From positions 1-56,901 of the IMG/VR virus record IMGVR_UViG_3300010151_000014: a stretch of DNA of 56,901 bases, one strand, 5' to 3'. The notes beneath the pieces are model-generated. The model did no database searches and was not told where the DNA came from. It saw nothing but the letters and a program-made list of their open reading frames with translations. The translations under genes and the position numbers were made by a program. Origin of the DNA: a virus (Duplodnaviria > Caudoviricetes). Positions 9,087 through 18,943 of the stretch are shown here, in pieces (the first letter of the stretch is position 1; each line of letters starts with the position of its first letter).

Positions 9087-11590
9087 TGATAACGATAGAG
9101 GATTCATTTAAGGCTAGCGTTGATTATTTTAATGGTGATGAACTTGCAGCAAGCGTGTTTTCCGAAAAGTACCCTTTACCCGACGGCAAAGGCGGTTTAT
9201 TGGAATTAACCCCGGATGATATGCATCATCGTTTGGCTTATAAATTTGCGGAATATGAAGCAAATTATAAAAATCCACTAAGCAAAGAGGAGATATATTG
9301 GCTATTTTCAAACTGGTATATAACCCCCCAAGGGTCTCCTTTATCAGGTATTGGGAATGATACACAATTTCAAAGTTTATCAAACTGTTTTGTTGTGGAT
9401 CCACCGGAAGACTCATATGGAGGGATCTTATTTACTGATCAAGAACAAGTCCAAATTATGAAACGTCGCGGGGGTGTTGGATTTGATATTAGTAATATTC
9501 GCCCTAAAGATATGGAAACTGCCAATGCTGCACGAACAACCGATGGATTAGCGGTTTTTATGGAGAGGTTTTCAAACTCTTGCCGTGAAGTTGCCCAAGG
9601 CGGCCGTCGGGGTGCACTCATGCTTACAATAAGTTGCAACCATCCAGAAATTGAAACGTTTATTGACATTAAACGAGATCGAAAGAAAGTTACCGGTGCA
9701 AATATATCAATTCGTTTTACTGATGAATTTATGCGGTGTGTTAAGAATGATGTTGACTATGTCTTACGGTGGCCTGTACGGGCCTCAATTGAGGATGCAG
9801 AACTAACCAAAACTATTAAAGCACGTAAAATATGGGAAAAGTTCATTAATGCTTCATGGGAATGTGCTGAACCAGGTGCATTATTTTGGGATAAGGTTAT
9901 TTCTGGTCCGGCAGATTGTTACGCAGAAAGTGGGTATGAAACTGTAGGTGTTAATCCTTGTGCAGAATTAAGTTTAAGTGCATATGATAGTTGTCGTCTT
10001 ATGGTTAGTAACCTTGTTAAATATGTTAAAAACCCATATACACCAAGCGCATATTTTGATTTTGAATTATTTAGTGATAATGTCATAAAAGCTCAGCGAC
10101 TTATGGATGATTTAATTGATATGGAGATTAGTGCAATTGATCGCATATTGTCGAAAATTGAAGAAGACCCAGAATCCCCTTTTGTTAAAAAAATCGAATA
10201 TGATTTATGGTCCAAAATTCGTAAAGCGACCTTGGGTGGAAGACGTACCGGTTTGGGTATCACAGCATTAGGCGACTGCATTGCGGCACTCGGGATAAAG
10301 TATGGGACTAATGAATCAGTTGTGGTCACAGAAAAAATCTATAAAGCAAACGCAATCGCCGCGTATACATCATCGATTATATTGGCTAAAGAGCGCGGCC
10401 CATTTTCTGTATATAATGTAAAGCTTGAAGAGGGAAATGAATATCTGGATCGGATTAATATTAATCTACCCATAGAAATTAATGATATGCGTCTCAAGTA
10501 TGGTCGACGAAATATTGCGCTTATAACCACGGCTCCGGTCGGATCAATATCATTAATGACCCAAACGACATCCGGTATTGAACCAGTATATATGATTAGT
10601 TATAATAGACGAAAAAAGATTGTTGAGCATGACATAGATACCCAAGCTGATTTTATTGATGATTCCGGCGATAAATGGAAAGAGTTTACAGTCTATCATC
10701 ACGGTGTTAAAAAGTGGATGGAGGTAATAGGAAAAACTGAGGTTGATGAAACCTGCCCATATGTTGGCGCCACATCCTCAGAAATTAATTGGATTAAATC
10801 AGTTGAACTTCAAGCTGCGGCTCAGAGATGGGTTTGTCATGGTATTTCAAAAACGTGTAACCTGCCAGCTGATGTTAAAAAAAATATTGTCTCAGACGTT
10901 TACATGGAGGCATGGAGATCCGGATGCAAAGGATTTACGGTATACCGCGAAGGGTCAAGGGACGGTGTCTTTGTTTCATCGGAAAACAAACAAGGAAATA
11001 AAGTCGATGAAGCATGTGATCATGATCGTACAAAAATTAATTTTATCATGAACTCAGCGCCAAAAAGACCTGAAGAATTGGTCTGTGAAATTCATAGCGC
11101 AACAATTAAAGGGGAAGAGTGGACAATATTGGTTGGCCTACTTAATGGGCGGCCCTATGAGGTACTTGGGGGCCTCTCGTCGTTCATTGAGATACCTTCA
11201 AAGTATACTAGTGGGTTAATACGTAAACGTCACAGAAAGACACGAAACAGCATTTATGACTTGGTCTTTGGCGAAAAAGATAATGAAATTATAATCAAAG
11301 ATATTGTACATGTTTTTGATAATCCAAATTATGCTGGATTCACGCGTATAATATCTTTAGCATTACGTCATGGTGCATCGAATCAATATGTTGTTGAACA
11401 ATTAATGAAAGATAGAGATGCCGATCTTTTCTCATTTGCAAAGGTAATTAGCCGTGTTCTTAAGAAGTATATTAAGAATGGAACAAAGCCGAGTGGGGTT
11501 AGCACATGTCTAGAGTGTGGTGGTGATTCTGTAACGTATCAAGAAGGTTGTGTTTTATGTCATAATTGTGGATGGGGTCTTTGCGGATAA
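9086..11590 (+). CDS. nrdJ: Class II (adenosylcobalamin-dependent) ribonucleotide reductase
   Basis: SLSNC, GGVG, RRGA, NPCAE, TSGIEP, ISKT, KGFTVYR (no class-I YY pair), C-terminal CxxC/CxxC ribbon; no small subunit nearby. Confidence 0.9.
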   Translation: MITIEDSFKASVDYFNGDELAASVFSEKYPLPDGKGGLLELTPDDMHHRLAYKFAEYEANYKNPLSKEEIYWLFSNWYITPQGSPLSGIGNDTQFQSLSNCFVVDPPEDSYGGILFTDQEQVQIMKRRGGVGFDISNIRPKDMETANAARTTDGLAVFMERFSNSCREVAQGGRRGALMLTISCNHPEIETFIDIKRDRKKVTGANISIRFTDEFMRCVKNDVDYVLRWPVRASIEDAELTKTIKARKIWEKFINASWECAEPGALFWDKVISGPADCYAESGYETVGVNPCAELSLSAYDSCRLMVSNLVKYVKNPYTPSAYFDFELFSDNVIKAQRLMDDLIDMEISAIDRILSKIEEDPESPFVKKIEYDLWSKIRKATLGGRRTGLGITALGDCIAALGIKYGTNESVVVTEKIYKANAIAAYTSSIILAKERGPFSVYNVKLEEGNEYLDRININLPIEINDMRLKYGRRNIALITTAPVGSISLMTQTTSGIEPVYMISYNRRKKIVEHDIDTQADFIDDSGDKWKEFTVYHHGVKKWMEVIGKTEVDETCPYVGATSSEINWIKSVELQAAAQRWVCHGISKTCNLPADVKKNIVSDVYMEAWRSGCKGFTVYREGSRDGVFVSSENKQGNKVDEACDHDRTKINFIMNSAPKRPEELVCEIHSATIKGEEWTILVGLLNGRPYEVLGGLSSFIEIPSKYTSGLIRKRHRKTRNSIYDLVFGEKDNEIIIKDIVHVFDNPNYAGFTRIISLALRHGASNQYVVEQLMKDRDADLFSFAKVISRVLKKYIKNGTKPSGVSTCLECGGDSVTYQEGCVLCHNCGWGLCG

Positions 11591-11618
11591 AAATGACGAC
11601 GTCTATCCTATTTAATAG

Positions 11619-12521
11619 TTGATGGCATCAATAAAGCAAATAGCGTATAACCGTAAATCATCTCTTGATTTGGGTTGGTTACCTGCATGGTTTAATGCAT
11701 GTAATTTTGATGATATACTTATCTCGAATATTATTAAGTTTCAAACAGAACATAATATTACTGCCGATGGGTTTTGTGGGCCAAGTACGTATCGCAGAAT
11801 ATATACCGATCGTATGTCGCGTCTTCGCCAACTGGAGCCTACTTCAACCTCACATATGAGTTCAATTGTATACAATGGAGAATTTTTTCCCATTAAGTGG
11901 GACAAAGTTGTACATTGGTTTGATTATAATGGGCTAATATTAAATAAAAATACGTATACTTCATATGAAGGGGAGAAAAAGCGCCCCATTAAAATGTTTG
12001 TGAATCATTGGGATGTATGCCTAAATTCTCATGCATGTGTTCAGATTCTCAATAAAAAACGTGTGTCAGTTCAATTTTGTATTGATAACGATGGGACCAT
12101 ATATCAATTAATGGATATGCAAAACATAGCATGGCATGCCGGAAATCGAGCGGTTAATCATAATTCGGTTGGCGTTGAAATATCAAATGCGTATTATACA
12201 AAATATCAAAAATCATATGTTTTAATGGGTTATGACGAGCGACCAATTAAAACAGGTGTTGTAGTTCATGGTAAAAAACTTGATCCCTTTCTAGGATTTT
12301 ATCCTGAACAGATTAACGCATTAACTGCATTATGGGAAGCAGTACATAAATGCACAGACGTTTTATTTAATATTCCTCAGACGCATAATGAGGTTAGTTC
12401 ATTGGTAAAATCATGTGACTTTTCAGGATTTATTAATCATTATCATATAACTAAACGAAAGATTGATTGTGCAGGCCTAGACAATGAACAAATTTTAAAA
12501 AATGCCAAAGGTTTATCATGA
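11619..12521 (+). CDS. Endolysin: peptidoglycan-binding domain plus N-acetylmuramoyl-L-alanine amidase
   Basis: FQ.EH.ITADG.CGPST (PG-binding), then HWD, AWHAG, SVGVE, HY...KIDC (Amidase_2). Confidence 0.85.
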   Translation: MMASIKQIAYNRKSSLDLGWLPAWFNACNFDDILISNIIKFQTEHNITADGFCGPSTYRRIYTDRMSRLRQLEPTSTSHMSSIVYNGEFFPIKWDKVVHWFDYNGLILNKNTYTSYEGEKKRPIKMFVNHWDVCLNSHACVQILNKKRVSVQFCIDNDGTIYQLMDMQNIAWHAGNRAVNHNSVGVEISNAYYTKYQKSYVLMGYDERPIKTGVVVHGKKLDPFLGFYPEQINALTALWEAVHKCTDVLFNIPQTHNEVSSLVKSCDFSGFINHYHITKRKIDCAGLDNEQILKNAKGLS

Positions 12522-12919
12522 AAACATTCTTAAAGAACATAAAAAGTGTTCTTATATTTTCTGATAGTGAGCTTTTAGAGTTAATGTTGTGTATAACATT
12601 AATGTTTATAAATCCCACATACTATATTAATACCAATATTTTAACTGGTTGGTGTAGTCTAGGGGTACTTGGCTCATTATTTATTTTATGGGGATTAGGC
12701 AATAAAAGCATCAAAGCAAGGGAAATTGGGCTATTAATGGCGCTAATTAACTTAACGGCGCTAAGCATTGTTGGGATCAAACATGGCCGCATTAATATTA
12801 ATATTTTTTTCCAAAATACAATAATAGCATTTGTGTGGTGGAAAGTCGGCCGGGAGCGTATAGTTCAAAACGTCAAACTTAATAACAAATCGAGGAAGGT
12901 GTGTAATGGAACAAAGTGA
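12518..12919 (+). CDS. Multi-pass membrane protein, holin candidate
   Basis: 3-4 hydrophobic segments, basic C-terminus, ATGA-coupled to the endolysin. Confidence 0.55.
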   Translation: MKTFLKNIKSVLIFSDSELLELMLCITLMFINPTYYINTNILTGWCSLGVLGSLFILWGLGNKSIKAREIGLLMALINLTALSIVGIKHGRININIFFQNTIIAFVWWKVGRERIVQNVKLNNKSRKVCNGTK

Positions 12920-13259
12920 TATAATAACTTTATTAATCGCAATTATTGGGACACTTGGTGGCACATCCGCATGGCAATATTATCAAAAGAAACTTGAACA
13001 TAAAAAAGAGCTCAAGGAAAAGGAACACGAAGAAAAATATGTCTATCGGGATGATTTAAGGGAACGTGTTGCAATATTAGAAAGTAAACTTGAAGATTCA
13101 CAAAAAGATAAAGACATATTAAATGATAAGCTTCGAAGCATATTGGAGGAAACAGCTGCCTTGCGCGTAGAGGTCCAGTATTTACGTGAGGAAAGAAAAA
13201 AATTACAATTAACAGTTGATAAGTTAACAGAAAAACTCATCAAGATAAACCTAGGTTGA
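12906..13259 (+). CDS. Membrane-anchored coiled-coil protein (lysis-associated candidate)
   Basis: N-terminal TM followed by heptad-rich K/E/L region, within the lysis cassette. Confidence 0.55.
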   Translation: MEQSDIITLLIAIIGTLGGTSAWQYYQKKLEHKKELKEKEHEEKYVYRDDLRERVAILESKLEDSQKDKDILNDKLRSILEETAALRVEVQYLREERKKLQLTVDKLTEKLIKINLG

Positions 13260-13271
13260 GTTCAAATATTT

Positions 13272-13301
13272 TTGAAACATATGCTTTTTTGTTAATATAA
13301 T
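13272..13301 (+). promoter_or_regulatory. Putative promoter TTGAAA-18-TATAAT
   Basis: Intergenic, followed by AGGAG SD and ATG 13323. Confidence 0.55.
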
Positions 13302-13322
13302 CATTTATTAATAGGAGAAAAT

Positions 13323-13559
13323 ATGTCTACTTCAACTTATGAAATCATTAAATTGGGTGATCCCGCAATTATTGAAATAGTGCGTTTGTTACAAATGGCA
13401 ATGCTGACCGGGACTGATATTACAGATAACCTTCGAACATTATCTTTGGTTATTGAAGATGGTATTGCATATCCAGATCCAGCTTTTATTGAGGCATTTG
13501 AAAATAATATTAAGAAATTGGAAAAGGAGGCCGATCAACTAAGGGTCGAACTTGCATAA
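13323..13559 (+). CDS. Hypothetical protein
   Basis: 78 aa with strong SD. Confidence 0.8.
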   Translation: MSTSTYEIIKLGDPAIIEIVRLLQMAMLTGTDITDNLRTLSLVIEDGIAYPDPAFIEAFENNIKKLEKEADQLRVELA

Positions 13560-14219
13560 TCTAATTTGTCCATCATGATCTATTGTTACATAAGTCATAT
13601 GTGTTATCCAATCACCGGTATTGACATATGTTTTAATATGTAAGTCTTCGTTAATCCATACAACAACCTCCGGGAAGTGTGTATGACCCATAATGAAAAC
13701 GTCTGTATTTGTTGTATTTAAAAAGTTCTTAATTTTAAAAACACTTGGGCTTTGTTTAAAGTAATTGTGGTAAAATGTTAACACATTAATGTTAAACATT
13801 CTTTCTATAAAGTCTTGAAAAATTGATATTAGCTTCATTATAAATCTAAAATGTATAATACCTCGTTTATATAAATCACCATGTGAAACATAAAATGTTC
13901 GATCATTACATGTGAATCGATAATCACGCATAAACTTAATGCCACAAACTGTGGTACCACACCATTTTTCAAATGATATATCATGGTTCCCCACAATATA
14001 TTTAACCGTTTTAAACTTACTTATTACATTAATAAGGGCCGCACATTGTAGTGTAAATAAAGGGGCCTTGATTAAGTCTATGATATCACCGGCTAAAATA
14101 AGTTCATCAAATTCTTCTGATTCTAATAATTTTATTAGTTTATCACTTGCATAAAATCTTGAACCAATATGGAGATCTGATATAATGAGTCGTCTAGGTG
14201 CTTTGGTTCGGTGTGTCAA
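13539..14219 (-). CDS. Calcineurin-like metallophosphoesterase, LpxH-like
   Basis: SDLH, GDIID, GNHD, HGD, GHTH, NTGDW. Confidence 0.85.
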   Translation of the reverse strand: MTHRTKAPRRLIISDLHIGSRFYASDKLIKLLESEEFDELILAGDIIDLIKAPLFTLQCAALINVISKFKTVKYIVGNHDISFEKWCGTTVCGIKFMRDYRFTCNDRTFYVSHGDLYKRGIIHFRFIMKLISIFQDFIERMFNINVLTFYHNYFKQSPSVFKIKNFLNTTNTDVFIMGHTHFPEVVVWINEDLHIKTYVNTGDWITHMTYVTIDHDGQIRLCKFDP

Positions 14220-14421
14220 AACATGTTACGCTATGTCAAATGATATAAACAATAAAACAAACTTAATGTTCAATATAGAACCAGGTAGCCTAGGATTAAT
14301 CCTTGGTTTTAATGGAAATTTTGAAGAAGTTGATCTATTAATAGATAGTCATACCTGTTCAGTAAATTTGAATTTCTATGAATTTAATGAATATTTTGAG
14401 GAATTATGTTATAATATTTAA
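14185..14421 (+). CDS. Hypothetical protein
   Basis: 78-aa ORF divergent from and overlapping the phosphoesterase start. Confidence 0.5.
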   Translation: MSRLGALVRCVKTCYAMSNDINNKTNLMFNIEPGSLGLILGFNGNFEEVDLLIDSHTCSVNLNFYEFNEYFEELCYNI

Positions 14422-14436
14422 GCATATAGGATCAAT

Positions 14437-14802
14437 ATGAATTTACTAAAAATTATGTTTAAACAACAAAGGGATTTTATAGCCCTTTTACAAAAATACC
14501 GTGATCATCCTAACATTCCTTTTGATATTACGGATAAAAAGTCACAACAATTTTTGCGTCAATTGGCGTTTGAGTGCATGGGTGAATTATTTGAGGCAAA
14601 TATACATCTTAAAAATAGTAAAAGTCATCGCAAAACAAATATAGTTGAGTTTGATCGTGATAAATATATTGAAGAATTAAGTGATGTATTGCATTATTTT
14701 TTTGGGATTGCAATTTGCTCTGGGGTTACGTCAGATGAGCTTTATGAAGCATATATGACGAAAGGCGAAACTAACGTCAAACGAATTCTTGACGGATATT
14801 AA
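14437..14802 (+). CDS. All-alpha NTP pyrophosphatase (dimeric dUTPase/dCTPase, MazG-like)
   Basis: ExxE...EELSDVLHY...Y..K...N..R...GY signature. Confidence 0.8.
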   Translation: MNLLKIMFKQQRDFIALLQKYRDHPNIPFDITDKKSQQFLRQLAFECMGELFEANIHLKNSKSHRKTNIVEFDRDKYIEELSDVLHYFFGIAICSGVTSDELYEAYMTKGETNVKRILDGY

Positions 14803-17800
14803 AGAGGTATTTATGGGAACTATATTTCCGAAAAAGTTTGTTGGCCTTCATTCGCATTCCGGATTTAGCACCTATGATGGTTTAGGGTACCCAAATCAAC
14901 ATATTGATTTTGTTCGTAAAAATGGGATGGATGCATGGGCACTTACTGATCATGGACATATGAATTCATTTGGTCATGCTTATCTTTATGCAGAGAAATT
15001 AGCTAAAGCTGGGGAAAATTTTAAATTTATTCCTGGTTGCGAAATGTATGTACATCCGGATTTAAACGCGTGGCAACTTGATTATGAGATTAAGCGAGCA
15101 GAAAAGAAAGGTGACCTCGAGGTTCTTAATGTATTACGCAAACAACGAAGAGAACTAGACACGCCACTCACAAACAATCTAATAAATCATGATTTTGATG
15201 TTGAAGAGGGTAAAAGTAAAAATAATGGTCTAACAATCGAGGATGAAGATGCATCACGAAGCAGCAAATTTTATGACCCAATTAAACGACGACACCATCT
15301 TGTCGTACTACCTAAAACGTCAATTGGTCTTGAGAGATTATTTGGCCTAGTTTCTAAGGGTTACCTTGACGGATTTTACCGTTTTCCTCGTGTTGATTAT
15401 TCAATGCTCAAAGAGGCTGCCCAAGGTGGTCATCTAATTGTGTCAACTGCCTGTATTTCTGGCCCTTTGTCCTATGAAATATTTAGGCACTTTCAAGGGA
15501 TTGAGTTCGAAGATCTTAAACCGGAGCTTCTTGATAATCATGATGTTATGGAAAAAGTCCTCCAATCTATAGGGCATGGTCATCAAATGCTTGTTAACGC
15601 TGTTGGCACCGATAATGTGTATATTGAATTACAGTTTAACAAACTTAATGCGCAACATTTAACCAATCGAGCTTTATTGGCATATGCAGAGCGTAATGGT
15701 TTGCAAGATCAATTAATTATTACATGTGATAGTCATTATGCAAACCCAGAATACTGGAAGGAACGAGAAATATATAAGAAGTTGGGTTGGCTAAATTATC
15801 GTGAGATGGATCCTACAAAACTCCCTAAATCAAAAGAGGAACTTAAATGCGAGCTATATCCTAAAAATGCAGAACAGGTTTGGGACTCGTATAAACAAAC
15901 ATCGACAGAGTATGGGTTTTATAATGACCAAATTATATGTGATGCCATTGAGCGAACATATCATATTGCGCATAATGTAATTGCCGATATCCATCCAAAT
16001 ACATCTATTAAACTTCCGACGTTCGTAATCCCAGAAGATAAAACAGAAACAGAGACGTTAATTGATTTATGCAAAAAGGGTATGATTGAAAGGGGTTTTC
16101 AAAATTCACCTAAATATATTGAAAGAATTAAATACGAATTACAGATTATTATTGAACGTAAATTCGAACTATACTTTTTGGTAATGCATCAAATTATTAA
16201 ACTTTCAAAAGAGCATATGTTGGTCGGCCCTGGTCGAGGCTCTGGCGCGTCATCTTTGGTTAATTACGTTTTAAAGATAACAGATGTTGATCCTATTAAG
16301 TATAATTTGTTATTCGAGCGTTTTTTATCAAAATATCGTAAAGAATATCCTGATATTGATTCAGATTTTGCAGACCGCGATAAGCTGCTTGGCCTTTTGG
16401 CTGCACATTTTGGTAAAAGAAACGTCATACCAATCTCAAACTATAACACCTTAAAGCTTAAGGCTCTTATTAAGGATGTTTCAAGATTTTATGGTATACC
16501 TTATGATGAATCAAATGCAGCGACAAAAACGGTGGAGAAAGAGGTTAGAAGGGCAGTACAAAAGCATGGTGAAGATAAGAACTTGTTTGTTTTAAAATAT
16601 GATGATGCGATGAAATATAGTTCTTCATTTCGCACATTTATTGAAAAGTACCCAGAGGTTGGCGAACCTATCAAGGTCCTATTTGGGCAAAATAAATCAT
16701 TAGGCCGACATGCAGGCGGGGTCATTATTTCCGAACATATTCCGGAAAGGATGCCATTAATTCTCTCAAAAGGTGAACCTCAAACACCGTGGGTTGAAGG
16801 GACAAATTTTAAACATCTTGAGGAATTTGGGTGGATTAAGTTCGATCTTTTAGGCCTCGAGACACTTCGTATAATTGAACGCGCAATTGAACTAATCTTA
16901 AAACGAAAGGAAGGAATAACGAACCCTACGTTCATAAATATAAAAGCGTGGTATAAAAAAAATCTATCCCCAGATGTAATTAATTTTGATGATCAAAAGG
17001 TTTATGAATACGTGTATCACTCAGGGCGTTTTGCAGGTATCTTTCAACTTACTTCGGCTGGCGCTCAAAAGTTATTTATGAAAGCTAAACCAAAAAGCCT
17101 TATTGATATTGCAACACTTACGTCGATTTATAGGCCTGGTCCGCTCGCTGCAAATGTTCATAAGCTTTATCTTAAACATAAAAATGGTGAACCTTATATT
17201 TGGGGTCATGAAATAATCAATAAAGTCCTAAAAGATACAAGAGGTCTGATTATTTTTCAAGAATCAGTTATGCAGTTAGCTCATGAAGTCGCCGGCTTTC
17301 CCCTTGACGAATGTGATAAAATTCGTAAATCAATCATGAAGCGTTCAATTTCAGGTGGTGATGAGGCGATTAAGAAAGCTAAGGAGCTACGGATTAATTT
17401 TGTGCAAGGAAGCATCAATAATGGTGTTCCAAAAGATGTTGCAAATGATTTATATGATAAAATCCTTTATTTTGCTGGATATGGCTTTAACGCATCACAT
17501 GCAATATCATATGCAATGGATTCTTATTTTTGCGCATGGTTGATGACGTACTATGAAGAGGAATGGTTGTGTGCCTATCTTGAGGCAATGTCATCAAACC
17601 CCAAAAAGAAAACAAAGGCGTTCAATGAGGTTAAAAAGCTAGGGTATAAGACGGTACCAATTGATATCAATTACGCGGATAAGTCTTGGACAATCTTAGA
17701 AGGTAAGTGCTTTATGCCGAGCTTTCTAAGTTGTAAAGGTGTAGGGGAAGTGGCGGTTGATGAAATTATTGAAAATCGTCCGTATCAGTCAATTCATAAT

Positions 17801-18418
17801 CTATTGTGGAATGAAGACGGAACGTGGAAACACTCGAAGTTTAATAAACGTACGATGTTGTCACTCATAAGAATTCGGGCATTTGATTCATTAGACATAA
17901 TTGGTGATGATAAAATGTTTAAATCGTATAAACACATGGAAGAAGTTATTATTAATAAAAACTCTGACATCAAAAAAAGAACAAAGCGTGATCCTTTAAA
18001 GGGGCAGAATTTGTTTAAACAACATATCCTGGAAACGTCTGACATAGGTGAATGGTCTAGGGTAGAAACGGCTGAGATGTTGACGGAGCATCTCGGTGGT
18101 TGCGACGCATCAAACTTAATATCTGAACCAATGATGAAATGTTTTAGTCAAATGGAAATAGAGTCTGTTGATGAATATCATGGGAAAGATGTATATTGGT
18201 TCATTACTACAGATGTTATTGCGAAGAAAACGAAACGAGGTAAACCCTACTTATTATTAACAGTTAGTGGCAACTCTGGTGCGACTGAAAGGTTGTTTAT
18301 GTGGAACTGGACAAAAGATAAATTCCAGATTCAAAAATATTCTATCTGTGTTGCAGAGATCAACAAAAGCGATTTTGGTTATTCAACCAGACAACAGCAA
18401 ATTAAAATTCTATCATGA
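14789..18418 (+). CDS. dnaE: DNA polymerase III alpha subunit (family C)
   Basis: PHP ligands HSH/TDHG/GCE/DSH, GPGRGSG, PDIDSD, HAGG, KFDLLGL, RPGP, YGFNASHA. True start may be ATG 14813. Confidence 0.95.
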   Translation: MTDIKEVFMGTIFPKKFVGLHSHSGFSTYDGLGYPNQHIDFVRKNGMDAWALTDHGHMNSFGHAYLYAEKLAKAGENFKFIPGCEMYVHPDLNAWQLDYEIKRAEKKGDLEVLNVLRKQRRELDTPLTNNLINHDFDVEEGKSKNNGLTIEDEDASRSSKFYDPIKRRHHLVVLPKTSIGLERLFGLVSKGYLDGFYRFPRVDYSMLKEAAQGGHLIVSTACISGPLSYEIFRHFQGIEFEDLKPELLDNHDVMEKVLQSIGHGHQMLVNAVGTDNVYIELQFNKLNAQHLTNRALLAYAERNGLQDQLIITCDSHYANPEYWKEREIYKKLGWLNYREMDPTKLPKSKEELKCELYPKNAEQVWDSYKQTSTEYGFYNDQIICDAIERTYHIAHNVIADIHPNTSIKLPTFVIPEDKTETETLIDLCKKGMIERGFQNSPKYIERIKYELQIIIERKFELYFLVMHQIIKLSKEHMLVGPGRGSGASSLVNYVLKITDVDPIKYNLLFERFLSKYRKEYPDIDSDFADRDKLLGLLAAHFGKRNVIPISNYNTLKLKALIKDVSRFYGIPYDESNAATKTVEKEVRRAVQKHGEDKNLFVLKYDDAMKYSSSFRTFIEKYPEVGEPIKVLFGQNKSLGRHAGGVIISEHIPERMPLILSKGEPQTPWVEGTNFKHLEEFGWIKFDLLGLETLRIIERAIELILKRKEGITNPTFINIKAWYKKNLSPDVINFDDQKVYEYVYHSGRFAGIFQLTSAGAQKLFMKAKPKSLIDIATLTSIYRPGPLAANVHKLYLKHKNGEPYIWGHEIINKVLKDTRGLIIFQESVMQLAHEVAGFPLDECDKIRKSIMKRSISGGDEAIKKAKELRINFVQGSINNGVPKDVANDLYDKILYFAGYGFNASHAISYAMDSYFCAWLMTYYEEEWLCAYLEAMSSNPKKKTKAFNEVKKLGYKTVPIDINYADKSWTILEGKCFMPSFLSCKGVGEVAVDEIIENRPYQSIHNLLWNEDGTWKHSKFNKRTMLSLIRIRAFDSLDIIGDDKMFKSYKHMEEVIINKNSDIKKRTKRDPLKGQNLFKQHILETSDIGEWSRVETAEMLTEHLGGCDASNLISEPMMKCFSQMEIESVDEYHGKDVYWFITTDVIAKKTKRGKPYLLLTVSGNSGATERLFMWNWTKDKFQIQKYSICVAEINKSDFGYSTRQQQIKILS

Positions 18419-18942
18419 GTCAAACTATTATTGCGCTTGTTGGCCCTGATAAGTGTGGCAAAACTGAAATTGCTAATGAACTATCGGCAAAATTAAAGAT
18501 TCCGCTTTTTAAGGCTAATACTGAAAAGGGGAAATTTCGAAACGGTGATGATTTTATTAATGAAATGCGATATGCCGATCCTCGAACAATTGATTTGTTA
18601 AGACAAACAGGTTATTCTTTAATTTTAGATCGAGCCTGGCCATGTGAATGGGTATATTCAAGGGCATTTAATAGGGCGACTGATGAAGCGGCTACACGAC
18701 AGTCTGATATAGATTACGCAGATTTAGGCGCTATTGTAATTATTTGTCATCGCACATCATATGCAGGTCTTGTTGACGAAGACGCACCTGAAAAGTTGGT
18801 TGAACCTATGTTACAAAAATTACATTCTTTATATGAAAAATTTGCGCAGCAATCAAAGTGTAGAGTTATGTTTTTGAATGTTGATGATGAAAATTTAGAA
18901 CGAGAAGTAAGTGATATCCTTTCTTTCTTGGGAGTAAGTTAA
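18415..18942 (+). CDS. Nucleoside monophosphate kinase (thymidylate-kinase-like)
   Basis: GPDKCGKT P-loop, LDR...EWVY; ATGA-coupled to dnaE. Confidence 0.8.
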   Translation: MSQTIIALVGPDKCGKTEIANELSAKLKIPLFKANTEKGKFRNGDDFINEMRYADPRTIDLLRQTGYSLILDRAWPCEWVYSRAFNRATDEAATRQSDIDYADLGAIVIICHRTSYAGLVDEDAPEKLVEPMLQKLHSLYEKFAQQSKCRVMFLNVDDENLEREVSDILSFLGVS

Positions 18943-18943
18943 A

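Noticed and set aside
14789-18418. Intein or intron in dnaE (also checked nrdJ and the helicase)
   Set aside because: No Cys...HN-(C/S/T) boundaries; the extra acidic segment in the PHP domain is a short loop insertion.
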